NCBI GenBank assembly: GCA_964016885.1
Contig: OZ024744.1
Span: 2,790,001 to 2,854,000, forward strand
Reading direction: 5' to 3'
From: Eledone cirrhosa
Lineage: Eukaryota
Length of the DNA stretch: 64,000 bases
In this document: in pieces, positions 62,401-64,000 of the stretch
Layout: each line of letters starts with the position of its first letter
Numbering within the stretch: position 1 is the stretch's first letter
Notes under the pieces: model-generated
Seen by the model: only the letters and a program-made list of their open reading frames with translations
What the model was told of the DNA's origin: nothing
Databases searched by the model: none
Made by a program: the position numbers and the translations under genes

Positions 62401-64000
62401 GTGGGAAGACAAGGTAGAGAAAGATAGCTTGGTGAAGAACGACGTTTTGGTGGAAGACAAGGTAGAGAAAGATAGCTTGGTGAAGAACGATGTTTTGGGG
62501 AAGACAATGTAGAGAAAGATAGCTTGGTGAAGAACGAAGTTTTGGGGGAAGACAAGGTAGAGAAAGATAGCTTGGTGAATAACGAAGTTTTGGGAGAAGA
62601 CAAGGTAGAGAAAGATAGTTGGTGAAGAACGAAGTTTTGAGTGAAGACAAGGTAGAGAAAGATAGCTTGGTGAAGAACGACGTTTTGAGGGAAGACAAGG
62701 TAGAGAAAGATAGCTTGGTGAAGAACGACGTTTTGTGGGAAGACAAGGTAGAGAAAGATAGCTTGGTGAAGAACGAAGTTTTGGGGGAAGACAAGGTAGA
62801 GAAAGATAGCTTGGTGAAGAACGAAGTTTTGGGGAAGGCAATGTAGAGAAAGATAGATTGGTGAAGAACGAAGTTTTGGGGGAAGACAAGGTAGAGAAAG
62901 ATAGCTTGGTGAAGAACGAAGTTTTGAGGGAAGACAAGGTAGAGAAAGATAGCTTGGTGAATAACGAAGTTTTGGGAGAAGACAAGGTAGAGAAAGATAG
63001 CTTGGTGAAGAACGACGTTTTGAGGGAAGACAAGGTAGAGAAAGATAGCTTGGTGAAGAACGAAGTTTTGGGGGAAGACAAGGTAGAGAAAGATAGCTTG
63101 GTGAAGAACGAAGTTTTGGGGGAAGACAAGGTAGAGAAAGATAGCTTGGTGAAGAACGAAGTTTTGGGGGAAGACAAGGTAGAGAAAGATAGCTTGGTGA
63201 AGAACGAAGTTTTGGGGAAGACAATGTAGAGAAAGATAGCTTGGTGAAGAACGAAGATTTGGGGGAAGACAAGGTAGAGAAAGATAGCTTGGTGAAGAAC
63301 GAAGTTTTGGGAGAAGACAAGGTAGAGAAAGATAGCTTGGTGAAGAACGAAGTTTTGAGGGAAGACAAGGTAGAGAAAGATAGCTTGGTGAAGAACGACG
63401 TTTTGAGGGAAGACAAGGTAGAGAAAGATAGCTTGGTGAAGAACGACGTTTTGTGGGAAGACAAGGTAGAGAAAGATAGCTTGGTGAAGAACGAAGTTTT
63501 GGGGGAAGACAAGGTAGAGAAAGATAGCTTGGTGAAGAACGGAGTTTTGGGGGAAGACAAGGTAGAGAAAGATAGCTTGGTGAAGAACGAAGTTTTGGGG
63601 GAAGACAAGGTAGAGAAAGATAGCTTGGTGAAGAACGAAGTTTTGTGGAAGACAATGTAGAGAAAGATAGCTTGGTGAAGAACGAAGTTTTGGGGAAGAC
63701 AATGTAGAGAAAGATAGCTTGGTGAAGAACGAAGTTTTGGGGGAAGACAAGGTAGAGAAAGATAGCTTGGTGAAGAACGAAGTTTTGGGAGAAGACAAGG
63801 TGGAGAAAGATAGCTTGGTGAAGAACGAAGTTTTGAGGGAAGACAAGGTAGAGAAAGATAGCTTGGTGAAGAACGACGTTTTGAGGGAAGACAAGGTAGA
63901 GAAAGATAGCTTGGTGAAGAACGACGTTTTGTGGGAAGACAAGGTAGAGAAAGATAGCTTGGTGAAGAACGAAGTTTTGGGGGAAGACAAGGTAGAGAAA

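Larger units (their letters stand above)
1..64000 (+). repeat. Tandem satellite array of a 48-bp monomer (with 47-bp variants), about 1,340 copies, single orientation, extending past both window edges
   Basis: Consensus TTGGTGAAGAACGAAGTTTTGGGGGAAGACAAGGTAGAGAAAGATAGC recurs continuously from the first full copy at 32 to the last partial copy at 63959. Most copies differ from consensus by only a few bases. Consensus composition is 18 A, 18 G, 9 T, 3 C. Copy number is estimated as 64000/47.8. Confidence 0.99.

Noticed and set aside
2-63660. The many short + strand ORFs (MVKNEVLGEDK...) as a tandem gene family or operon
   Set aside because: Each is just the interval between two 1-bp deletions. 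Starts are TTG codons inside the repeat, there is no intergenic or regulatory sequence, and lengths step by 16 aa.
1-64000. CRISPR array (constant part plus variable part)
   Set aside because: The variable segment takes only a few near-identical states rather than unique spacers. There is no leader, no palindromic repeat and no cas gene.
1-64000. G-quadruplex array or intrinsically bent DNA
   Set aside because: There is only one G3+ run per monomer, with ~43-nt loops. The single T4 tract per 48 bp (about 4.6 helical turns) is not helically phased.
1-64000. Embedded transposon, inversion, tRNA/rRNA or unique island
   Set aside because: Reading through the window I found no break in monomer register larger than 1-2 bp and no reverse-orientation copy.

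Overview
The whole 64 kb window is one uninterrupted head-to-tail tandem array (satellite DNA) of a 48-bp monomer, consensus TTGGTGAAGAACGAAGTTTTGGGGGAAGACAAGGTAGAGAAAGATAGC, at roughly 1,340 copies in a single orientation. I saw no unique sequence, inversion, transposon insertion, RNA gene or credible protein-coding gene. About one monomer in five or six is a 47-bp variant. Monomer variants are ordered into short modules, then higher-order repeats (a 21-mer of 1004 bp and 19-mers of 909 bp), then nested kilobase duplications (offsets 1482, 2152, 2631, 3203, 3492, 4633, 4639 and 5068 bp). A central block of about 22-47 kb appears younger and sits between flanks that share variants it lacks, which resembles layered expansion. 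All ORF-track entries follow from the repeat: one + frame of the monomer is open (LVKNEVLGEDKVEKDS), and the monomer contains no TTA, CTA or TCA, so all three - frames are open. I cannot identify the organism or satellite family. The architecture resembles eukaryotic centromeric, pericentromeric or subtelomeric satellite, but I see no evidence of a new gene system.
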